Source of the DNA: Longimicrobiales bacterium
Lineage (GTDB): Bacteria; Gemmatimonadota; Gemmatimonadetes; Longimicrobiales; Gaopeijiaceae
Assembly (NCBI GenBank): GCA_965249725.1
Contig: CBDFMQ010000002.1
Location: 128,001 to 192,000 of the forward strand
Length of the DNA: 64,000 nucleotides
Direction: 5' to 3'
A program made the position numbers and the translations under genes. Under the pieces are notes generated by a model. It worked only from the letters and a program-made list of their open reading frames with translations. It ran no database searches and was not told the origin of the DNA. How positions within the stretch are numbered: position 1 is the first letter of the stretch; the number at the start of each line of letters is the position of its first letter. Positions 56,126 through 64,000 of the stretch are shown here, piece by piece.

Positions 56126-58402
56126 CTACCGCGACAGCAGGTACGTGAACTTCAACAGCACCTGACGGTCCCGGACCTCCGTGAGCCCGGACGGATCGCG
56201 GCGTACCTCGTCGAACACCAGGTAGATGTCGCTGCCCGGGCGGTAGATGTAGTTGAAGCGGGCGCTCGTGCTCCACTGTTCTGTCAGGGAGTTGTATTGG
56301 GTGAGCGTGCGCAACGTCATCTTCGGCGAGAGGGCGAAGTCTACTCGGATCGACCCCAGTTCCGCGACGAAATCACCGGCCGGCAGATCGACATCGTTCC
56401 GCGTGTATTTCCCTTCGGTCGACAAGCGGTCGGTCAGTCGCATGCCCAGCGTCAGGCTGACATCCGTGCGGTTGCCGTCGAAGAACGTCTGTGGCTTGTA
56501 CTGGACGCTCGTGTACAGACGACGCGACGGGTCGCTCGTCAGCCAAAACTGCCATTCGCCGAAGTTGTAGTCCCCCGGGGCGACGACCACGTCGGGGCGA
56601 AGCGCGAAGGGCTCATCGAGTCGCTCGAAGTAGTCGTTGTACCAGATGATCAGATAGGCCCCGTTGTCCATGCGGGCCCCAATCATGTTGTGGATCCGGC
56701 GGCTAAGGAGCCGGTTGTTCTGGTCGGACGTGTACGTGACGTTGACCATGGGCTCGAGCACACGGATCCCCCAGCGATCGGGCCTCGGATTCCACTCGAG
56801 GTGAACCCTCGTCTTGCGGATTCCGAGTCGGGGCACGAATCCGACCTCGGGGTTGAAGTTCTTCTGGAGATCCGAGTACTCGATGTGGGCCTGGTAGGAC
56901 TGATCGAGCCATTCGGCTCGGAAGTGCCCGCCCATATCCCTGTTCGAAACGCCCGCCGTGGACGTCTTCGCGATGAATCCGTTCATCGCCAGGTTGGGGT
57001 GCGGAGCCAGTACGAAGTCGGCCCCGAAGGTCCGATTGTAGTGGTCTCCGCTCGTCGCTTCTTTGTTGATGACGATGGCTCCCACCTTGGAGCGCGTGAG
57101 GATGCCGCGGCTGTAACGGGCCACCAGGAAGTTGTCGCCGGACGCCCCGAACGCCTCGTCCGTTTGGATGTCCATGACGGCGATGTTGTTGCGGCCCACC
57201 TTACCGGTCAGCCGGGCCCCTCCGATGATGGGGATCGCTTCGCCGGTGTCGGATAACCCGATGCGCCGGCTGAAGAACAGGTCCGCGATGCGCTGGAACG
57301 TGTTCGTCGTGCCGACGTTGAACTGTCCGGAGTTCTCGAGGAAGAATTCACGTTTCTCGGGCAGGAACAGGGCGAAGCGGGTGAGGTTGATCTGCTCGTC
57401 GTCCACTTCCGCCTGGGCGAAGTCGGTCTTGACGGTCAGGTCGAGGTTGAGTCCGGCGGTGACCCCGTACTTCACGTCGAGGCCGACATCACCCTGGCTC
57501 GAATTGTCCACGACGCCGTCCTCGGACAGGCGACGCCCACCACCGACCGCAAACGGCTTGATGCGAAGATCGAGCCCGCGGTTGAGTGACTGCAGACCCT
57601 GGAGGCTTCCCGCGAGGCTGACGCGGGTCAGCGAGTAGGCCTTCGGAATCGGTGCCCAGAACACCTGCTCGTTCTTGCGCCGGATGTTGCGCATGAAGTT
57701 GACGCCCCAGCTCTGTACTTCGCTGGCCGGGAACCGGAGCGTAACCAGGGGGATGGCGATCTCGGCTGTCCAGCCGTCGGCGGTCTGCCTCGTGGAAACG
57801 TGCCAGACCCCGTTCCAATCGCGGTTGAGGTTGGACGATAGACCGAACGTGCGCCCTTCACCTTCTTCGAAGACCTGTTGCTCGAGCTTCGCACCCAGTG
57901 GACTAGTGACGAACATGTAGCCCGAGCGAGAGTCCTCGAAGGTGTCGAGGATGATCTGGAAGTTGTCCTCGTCCAGGATCCGCGGAGAGTCGCGCCGCAT
58001 TTCGGTGGCGATGATCCCGCTCGGGCTCGAGTCGAACGCCCGAACGCCTATGTAGAGGTTGCTCTCATCATAGAGGAGGCGGACCTCGGTTCGCTCCGTG
58101 GCCACGGCACCCTCGTTGGGTTCCTGCTGCACGAACGCGTCGATGAGCGTAGCGCTGCCCCAGACCCCGTCGTTCAAGTCCCCGTCGATGTCCGGACCCT
58201 GATCCACTCGGACCGCCTGGGCTTGATAGGTGGCCTTGCTCTTCTGGGCGGCGACCGGTGCCGAAATGGCCGCGGTGAGGACGGCGGCGGTGGCGATGGC
58301 CAGGAGGGTGTGCCACAGCAGCGGAGGGACCGGCGCGTGAGCGAAGGGGGCAGCGCTTCTCGGCTGAGCTCCTCGGAGAGGAGCGGACGTGGATGTGCTC
58401 AC
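56126..58402 (-). CDS. DUF5916 / CBM9-like domain secreted protein
   Basis: PDIDGDLND, TDFAQAEVD, PEKREFFLE, FFSRRIG, KFTYL. Confidence 0.85.
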   Translation of the reverse strand: MSTSTSAPLRGAQPRSAAPFAHAPVPPLLWHTLLAIATAAVLTAAISAPVAAQKSKATYQAQAVRVDQGPDIDGDLNDGVWGSATLIDAFVQQEPNEGAVATERTEVRLLYDESNLYIGVRAFDSSPSGIIATEMRRDSPRILDEDNFQIILDTFEDSRSGYMFVTSPLGAKLEQQVFEEGEGRTFGLSSNLNRDWNGVWHVSTRQTADGWTAEIAIPLVTLRFPASEVQSWGVNFMRNIRRKNEQVFWAPIPKAYSLTRVSLAGSLQGLQSLNRGLDLRIKPFAVGGGRRLSEDGVVDNSSQGDVGLDVKYGVTAGLNLDLTVKTDFAQAEVDDEQINLTRFALFLPEKREFFLENSGQFNVGTTNTFQRIADLFFSRRIGLSDTGEAIPIIGGARLTGKVGRNNIAVMDIQTDEAFGASGDNFLVARYSRGILTRSKVGAIVINKEATSGDHYNRTFGADFVLAPHPNLAMNGFIAKTSTAGVSNRDMGGHFRAEWLDQSYQAHIEYSDLQKNFNPEVGFVPRLGIRKTRVHLEWNPRPDRWGIRVLEPMVNVTYTSDQNNRLLSRRIHNMIGARMDNGAYLIIWYNDYFERLDEPFALRPDVVVAPGDYNFGEWQFWLTSDPSRRLYTSVQYKPQTFFDGNRTDVSLTLGMRLTDRLSTEGKYTRNDVDLPAGDFVAELGSIRVDFALSPKMTLRTLTQYNSLTEQWSTSARFNYIYRPGSDIYLVFDEVRRDPSGLTEVRDRQVLLKFTYLLSR

Positions 58403-58623
58403 GAGATGGGACCTCTCGGATCGTTCTGGGCTCGGACTCCATCAACCGAAAACCTCACCGATAGCGGGGTTTGGGTCAACGTCGCGCCGATCTGGAGCCG
58501 CGCCTTCAAGCCGACCCTCTCAGAGCCTCCGCATCCTCCAAGGCCTCCAGTGCGCGAGTCCACACCGCGAGGGGGATGTCGTCCTCACACGGGCGGCGAG
58601 CGGTATCAGCGGTCCCCGCCGCA

Positions 58624-58652
58624 TACGTATGGTCGCATCCCGATCATACGTA
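58624..58652. terminator. Hairpin downstream of the M28 peptidase gene
   Basis: TACGTATGGTCG-CATCC-CGATCATACGTA: 12-bp arms with one non-Watson-Crick pair. Confidence 0.4.
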
Positions 58653-58669
58653 CAACCCTACCTTCAACC

Positions 58670-60289
58670 CTACCTGGTGCTCTCCCCCGAACTCCTCGCC
58701 GGCGAGCTACACTCCGGCCACTCCGCCCCGTCCGCCATCACCCGCCGATCTCTCGGCATCGGCTCCGGATCCTCCGACGCCAGATACACCAGCATCGCCG
58801 TCATCACCGCGTCATCTCGCAAATCGTCGAAGATGATTTTGTCGTATGTGTCCCGGTTCGTGTGCCACGTGTACAGCATCGTGTCCCAGCGGTTGGTCCC
58901 CATCGGTAGGTCCTCCCGCCGACCCTCTCCGACGCTGAAGCTGAACGCGGGCACGCCGGCGCACACGAAGGACGCATGGTCCGTTCCTCCCGACGAGGGG
59001 CTGCCGGGGATCTCGAGGTCCACCATATCCGCGTACTCGGTGGGTACACGCGCGAGCCAGTCTCCGAAATAGCCACCGGCGGCGGTGAACCCCTGCAGCG
59101 GGATTGATGTGACCGGGCCCGTTCCGTGGTCCGAGTTGAAGGCGGTGTGCGTGCGCTCGAGGATTTCGGGGTGGTCCTCTACGAACGCCCGTGACCCGTT
59201 CAAGCCCTGCTCCTCGCCGTTCCACAGGGCGCCAATGATGGTGCGACGGGGGTTTGGAACGGCCGCCTTCAGGATGCGCATGGCCTCCATGATGGCGACC
59301 GCGCCGGTTCCGTTGTCCAGCGTGCCGGAGCCGCCGTCCCACGAGTCGTAGTGGCCGCCGAGGATGACGAACTCCTCGGGCTGGGCGCTCCCTTGGATCC
59401 TGGCGATCGTGTTGAAGACCGGGACCTCACCGAGGAAGCGGGCCTCGGCCTCGACGCGCAGCACCGGAGACTGCCCGTTTTCCGCGAGGCGGTACACGAG
59501 CCCGTACGCCTCGCAGCTCAGGTCGAACACCGGCGCGCGCTCCGTATTTGTGCCGAAGATTTTGTTCACGCCCCAGCCCTCCGACCACTGCGAGCGGATG
59601 ACGCCCGCCGCCCCGGCGTCGTCAAGCGCCTCGGCCAGCATCCGTCGGTCGACCCCCGTGTTCTCCTCACGTGTACGCCATGCCTCGATCGCCCGCTCGC
59701 GCTCCGCGGTCATCTGCTCGAGCGTGCTAGGCCGGGCGAACCACTCGAGGTTATCCCGCGGCCGGCAACTCGTCTCCGGACGAGAGATCAGTACGAACTT
59801 GCCGCGCACCTGTGGCAGCCAAGCCTGGAACGCTGCGGGACCGTCGACGTCGGCCAGGATCACCACATCCGCTTCGACCGGGCCGTCGGTAGCGGGGCTC
59901 CAGGCGGCGGCCATTCCCTCCAGCGATCGCACCCTCGGGGACACGAGATCGATGTGGCTGATTCCTCGTTCCCAGCTCCGCCAGGTACCGTACTGCTCTT
60001 TCTCGGCTTCGATGCCCCACTCGGTGAACTTGGCCACGGACCAATCGTTGGCCCCCGCCATGGCGGGCGAGCCTGTGAGGCGCGGCCCGATCGAGTCCAT
60101 CATCACCTGTCCCAGCTCGTAGATCTGCGAGCGATCCACGCCCTCCTCCCAGAGGGCCCGGATCACCGGGTCCTCTGACGGGAAGGATTGGGCTGCTGCT
60201 GAACTACTCGTGCCGGGCTGGGCAGGGGCAGCGAGGATGGAAAGGGACGCCAACGCGCACACGAACAGGACTCGGACCGAGGGCCTCAT
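58670..60289 (-). CDS. M28 family (carboxypeptidase Q-like) secreted peptidase
   Basis: IGPRLTGS, GGHYDSWD..GTLDNGTG, GEEQGL, GTDH, WHTNRDT. Confidence 0.92.
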   Translation of the reverse strand: MRPSVRVLFVCALASLSILAAPAQPGTSSSAAAQSFPSEDPVIRALWEEGVDRSQIYELGQVMMDSIGPRLTGSPAMAGANDWSVAKFTEWGIEAEKEQYGTWRSWERGISHIDLVSPRVRSLEGMAAAWSPATDGPVEADVVILADVDGPAAFQAWLPQVRGKFVLISRPETSCRPRDNLEWFARPSTLEQMTAERERAIEAWRTREENTGVDRRMLAEALDDAGAAGVIRSQWSEGWGVNKIFGTNTERAPVFDLSCEAYGLVYRLAENGQSPVLRVEAEARFLGEVPVFNTIARIQGSAQPEEFVILGGHYDSWDGGSGTLDNGTGAVAIMEAMRILKAAVPNPRRTIIGALWNGEEQGLNGSRAFVEDHPEILERTHTAFNSDHGTGPVTSIPLQGFTAAGGYFGDWLARVPTEYADMVDLEIPGSPSSGGTDHASFVCAGVPAFSFSVGEGRREDLPMGTNRWDTMLYTWHTNRDTYDKIIFDDLRDDAVMTAMLVYLASEDPEPMPRDRRVMADGAEWPECSSPARSSGESTR

Positions 60290-60477
60290 CGATGCCTCCG
60301 TGAGATGGGATTCAGCGACGCGAGCGGGGCCGATACGCGCTTTGACTCGCCTCTCACGCCGGGTGGGAAAGTAGGGGGGTTCAGAGGCGGGGAATACCTA
60401 CGCCGATTGCGCATCGACGCTCCCGCCCCGACTCTGTCGGTTCGGACTCATGTACAGCCTGAACCTTGGAGTCTCCG

Positions 60478-61242
60478 ATGCGTCTTGAAGGTCAGCGAGT
60501 GCTTGTCACCGGCGGATCCCGCAGCATCGGCCGCGGGATCGCCCTCGGATTGGCGCGCGAAGGAGCCGATGTGGCGGTCAACTTCAGGAGTAGTTCCCAG
60601 GACGCGGAGAGCGCTGTTGGAGAGATCGAAGGGGCGGGGCGCCGTGGCGTGGCCGTGCAGGGTTCCACCGACTCCGGCTCCGACGTCGAACGCTTTGTCG
60701 GTGAGGCCCACGACTACCTGGGCGGCATCGACATCCTCGTCAACAACGCCGGGATCTTGAAGCGGACGGCACTTCTCGATATCAGCGAGGAGGAGTGGGA
60801 CTCCATCCTGGACGTCAACCTGAAGGGCTACTTCCTCGTCGGTCAGGCGGTGGCGCGGCGGATGGTCGCGGACGGAACGCGAGGGGCCATCGTGAACGTG
60901 TCCTCCGCGGGTCAGGCGGTCGCAGCGCCCAACCTCACCCACTACTGTGTGGCCAAGGCGGGCGTCGACATGCTCACGAAGCAGATGGCGCTCGAGCTGG
61001 CGCCCCACAAGATCCGGGTGAACTCCATCGCTCCGGGGCTCATCGAAACGGACCTGAACCGGGCCGACATCGCTCGGGAGGACTTCCGGGAGCGCCGGCT
61101 GGCCCGCATCCCACTCAAGGAAATCGGGGTCCCGGAGGATCTGGTAGGGGCCGTGGTGTTCCTGGCGTCGAACCAAGAGGCGCGGCTGGTGACAGGCGCG
61201 TCGGTGTTCATCGACGCCGGCCAGACGATCTGGGGTGCCTGA
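60478..61242 (+). CDS. SDR family oxidoreductase (FabG/glucose dehydrogenase-like)
   Basis: TGGSRSIG, NNAG, YCVAK, VNSIAPG. Confidence 0.92.
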   Translation: MRLEGQRVLVTGGSRSIGRGIALGLAREGADVAVNFRSSSQDAESAVGEIEGAGRRGVAVQGSTDSGSDVERFVGEAHDYLGGIDILVNNAGILKRTALLDISEEEWDSILDVNLKGYFLVGQAVARRMVADGTRGAIVNVSSAGQAVAAPNLTHYCVAKAGVDMLTKQMALELAPHKIRVNSIAPGLIETDLNRADIAREDFRERRLARIPLKEIGVPEDLVGAVVFLASNQEARLVTGASVFIDAGQTIWGA

Positions 61243-62296
61243 GGGTCGAAGGTCGGCGGACCCGGGGATCGCCTCGGGCCGCATCGGTCGGTTGTTCACG
61301 ATGCTAGCGGTGGCCGCGCTCCCGGTCCTCGCCTGTGGGGGACCGGACAGTGTGTCCGAGTCCGCCACCTGGAAGGTGCGCCTCTCTCACGTGCTCTCCA
61401 GTAGCTCCGAGCTCCACCTCATGGCCGAGCGCTTTCGGGACCTCATGCTCGAGCGTACCGACGGCCGGTTCCGGGTCAGCATCTATCCCTCGGGACAGCT
61501 CGGCGGTGAGCGGGTTGCGTTCGAGCAGATCCAGGTCGGTGCGGTGCACATGGCCATCTCCGGGACTCCCGTGCTCTCGGGCTGGGTCCCCGAGGGGCAG
61601 ATGTTCGACCTGCCGTTCCTCTTCGAGAGTCGCGACCATGGCCTCGCCGTCATGAACGGCCCGATCGGCGACTGGTGGCGGGATCTGCTGCTGGAGCGCA
61701 CCGGAGTCCGATCTCTCGGATTCCTCGATTACGGCTTCCGGAACGTCTACAACAAGCGGCGGGCCGTCGACGTGCCCGCAGACCTGGACGGGCTCAAGCT
61801 CCGGGTCCTACAGAACGCCACGTACCTGGCGGCCTACTCGGCGCTGGGCGTTCAGGCGACGCCCATGAACTACGGAGAGGTCTACTCCGCACTCCAACAG
61901 GGTGTGATCGACGGTGGGGAGGCCAACCCGATCGGCTTCGTGAGCAGCCGGCTCTACGAGGTGGCCAAGTTCTACAGCTTCACGTCCATCACGTACAACC
62001 CGATCACGTTCCTCGTGAACGAGCCGTTCTACCGGTCGCTTCCGGGTGACATCAGGGCCGCCATCGATGAGTCGGCCGTGGAGGCCCTCGCCTACCAGAG
62101 CGAGGTCGCTCGCCGGATGGAAGCGGAGGCGCTGGAGCAGATGCGGGCCAACGAGGTGGAGATCTCGCGTCCGAATGTCGCGCCATTCGCGCCTTCGGTG
62201 CGACCGCGCGTTTGGGACGAGCTGGCGGCCCGGCTACCCGACGGGGAGGCCTTGATCGCGCGGCTGGTGGACGAGGTGGGGAGGGCGAGGCCGTGA
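61235..62296 (+). CDS. dctP: TRAP transporter substrate-binding protein
   Basis: YPSGQLG, FDLPFLF, GFRN, DLDGLKLR, EVYSALQQGVIDGGE. Start uncertain. Confidence 0.92.
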   Translation: MPEGRRSADPGIASGRIGRLFTMLAVAALPVLACGGPDSVSESATWKVRLSHVLSSSSELHLMAERFRDLMLERTDGRFRVSIYPSGQLGGERVAFEQIQVGAVHMAISGTPVLSGWVPEGQMFDLPFLFESRDHGLAVMNGPIGDWWRDLLLERTGVRSLGFLDYGFRNVYNKRRAVDVPADLDGLKLRVLQNATYLAAYSALGVQATPMNYGEVYSALQQGVIDGGEANPIGFVSSRLYEVAKFYSFTSITYNPITFLVNEPFYRSLPGDIRAAIDESAVEALAYQSEVARRMEAEALEQMRANEVEISRPNVAPFAPSVRPRVWDELAARLPDGEALIARLVDEVGRARP

Positions 62297-62814
62297 TGGG
62301 GACTGCGCTTCGCAACCAGATCAAGGCGCTGAACCGCCGCCTGGTCGCTCTCGAGACCCTCGCTGCGGGAGGGCTCATCGTGACCGTGTGCGCCGTCGTG
62401 CTCCTTCAGGTCGGCATGCGCTACCTCTTCGCCTACCCCAACCCCTGGAGCGAAGAGGTGTCACGCTTCTGCTTCATTTGGGTGTCGATGCTGGGTGCGT
62501 CACTGGCGGTGGAGTACGGGGCCCACTTCGGCTTCGACCAGGTCACCAAGGGACTGTCTCCGAGAGCGAAGCCCGCCGTGGAGGCGTTTGCCGCGACGGT
62601 CGTGTTCCTGTTTTCTCTCGTCCTCGTCGCGACGGGCGTCTCCCTCATGGCGCTCACGATGGGTGAGCGATCATCGGCGTTGAATCTGCCGGTCGCGTGG
62701 GTATACGTCGCCGTGCCCGTGTCGGGGGCTTTGATGGTGGTCCACCTGTTGGCCGGGGCGGGGCGGCCGAAGGCGCTCGAAGACCAGGGGTCGTCCCCCG
62801 AGGCCATCGAATGA
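62296..62814 (+). CDS. dctQ: TRAP transporter small permease
   Basis: QVGMRY, WSEEVSR, four TM helices. Confidence 0.9.
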   Translation: MGTALRNQIKALNRRLVALETLAAGGLIVTVCAVVLLQVGMRYLFAYPNPWSEEVSRFCFIWVSMLGASLAVEYGAHFGFDQVTKGLSPRAKPAVEAFAATVVFLFSLVLVATGVSLMALTMGERSSALNLPVAWVYVAVPVSGALMVVHLLAGAGRPKALEDQGSSPEAIE

Positions 62815-64000
62815 TGGGCGGCCTGCTCCTCGGGACTTTCGTTGCGCTCGTGTTGGCCGCCGTACCAATCGGTTTCGCTCTCGCCACTGCCGCCAGCGTC
62901 GCGGTGGTCGCGGCGGACCTCCCGCTCATCATCATCCCTCAGCAGATCGTCGCGGGAATGGACTCGTTCCCGATGCTCGCCGTGCCCCTCTTCATTCTGG
63001 CCGGATTTCTCATGGACGTGGGGGGGATCAGCCGCCGCCTGGTGACACTCGCTCGCACGCTCGTAGGACACCTTCCCGGTGGGCTGGGTCAGGTTGTGAT
63101 CATGGCCGAGATCTTCTTCTCGGGCGTCTCCGGCTCGACCTCGGCAGACGCCGCGGCCATCGGCGGCATCATGGTTCCGCAGCTCACGGCCAACGGGTAC
63201 ACCCGTGCCCGCGCGACCGCGATCGTCTCGGCGGCGTGCGGGATGGGGATTCTCATCCCGCCCGCCATCGTCATGGTCGTATACGGCGTGATCGGCAACG
63301 TGTCCGTGGGAGCGCTGTTCGTGGCCTCGGTCACGCCTGCGCTACTGATCGCCATAGGCCTCATGACCCAAATCGGATGGCAGGCCCGAAGAGAGGGATG
63401 GCCGGCGGGGGAGCGTGCGTCGTTCGCCGAGGTGCGGCTCGCCGCGATCGACGCGGTGCTCCCGCTCTTCATGATCGTGGTCATCCTCGGCGGTATCCGC
63501 TTCGGCCTTTTCACACCCACCGAGGCCGCGGCGGTCGCGGTCGCCTACGCGCTGCTCTTGGCTGGGCCGGTGTACGGGGCGCTCCCGAGGGCCGAGTTGT
63601 GGAGCAAGATCGTCCAGACGGCCATGGTGTCGGGGATGGTGTTGTTCGTGGTTGGGGCCGCGCGGTTGCTGGGATGGGTGCTCGCCGTCATGCAGGTGCC
63701 GCAGGCGCTGGCGTCCTCCGTGGTCGCCTTGGGGGGCGGCCAGGCGGGCTTCATGATCCTCACCATCCTGATTTTCCTTCCGCTCGGCGCTATCCTCGAG
63801 GGGGTGCCGGCGGTCGTCCTGTTGACCCCGATCCTTCTGCCCCTCGCGCGTCAGCTCGGCATCGACCCGGTGCACTACGGCACGGTCATCGTCGCTACCC
63901 AGGGGATCTCGGTGTTCCTACCGCCCGTTGGCGTGAGCCTGCTGGTAGCGTGTTCGATCGGGGGTGTTGAGCCAGCGGAGGTCGCGCGGCCGCTCTGGCC
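62811..64000 (+). CDS. dctM: TRAP transporter large permease (3'-truncated by the window)
   Basis: Read directly from ATG 62811 (not in the ORF track): LAVPLFILAG, FSGVSGS, LIPP, FTPTEAA, GIDPVHYG. Confidence 0.92.
   Translation, partial: MMGGLLLGTFVALVLAAVPIGFALATAASVAVVAADLPLIIIPQQIVAGMDSFPMLAVPLFILAGFLMDVGGISRRLVTLARTLVGHLPGGLGQVVIMAEIFFSGVSGSTSADAAAIGGIMVPQLTANGYTRARATAIVSAACGMGILIPPAIVMVVYGVIGNVSVGALFVASVTPALLIAIGLMTQIGWQARREGWPAGERASFAEVRLAAIDAVLPLFMIVVILGGIRFGLFTPTEAAAVAVAYALLLAGPVYGALPRAELWSKIVQTAMVSGMVLFVVGAARLLGWVLAVMQVPQALASSVVALGGGQAGFMILTILIFLPLGAILEGVPAVVLLTPILLPLARQLGIDPVHYGTVIVATQGISVFLPPVGVSLLVACSIGGVEPAEVARPLW

Noticed and set aside
55901..59072. Plus-strand ORFs of 451, 343 and 227 aa
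   Set aside because: Antisense to the DUF5916 and M28 genes, with no family motifs.

Overview
GC-rich, gene-dense bacterial window. The gene repertoire (Ser/Thr kinase with a TolB-like propeller, DUF5916/CBM9-like proteins, LVIVD-type propellers, many exported hydrolases) suggests Gemmatimonadota; this is an inference, not a search result. About 50 CDSs are supported, mostly secreted or periplasmic hydrolases and oxidoreductases, plus a TRAP transporter, a VapBC-type toxin-antitoxin pair and phospholipid genes. I recognised no rRNA, tRNA, CRISPR array, integrase or transposase. Main observations: (1) a tandem array of four paralogous His-rich secreted beta-propeller genes (34.5-40.3 kb) with mosaic variation; (2) a fifth paralog that heads an operon with a multicopper oxidase missing three trinuclear-cluster His ligands, an amidohydrolase and a DsbA/FrnE-like selenoprotein (in-frame TGA, UxxC) missed by the ORF track, with a DsbB gene divergent; (3) a receiver domain fused to a signal-peptide-bearing sulfatase across a G8 run; (4) a CBM9-like/cytochrome c/PQQ-dehydrogenase fusion; (5) an exact 233-bp tandem duplication beside a sodium:solute symporter broken by a nonsense codon. 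All family calls come from motif recognition by eye.
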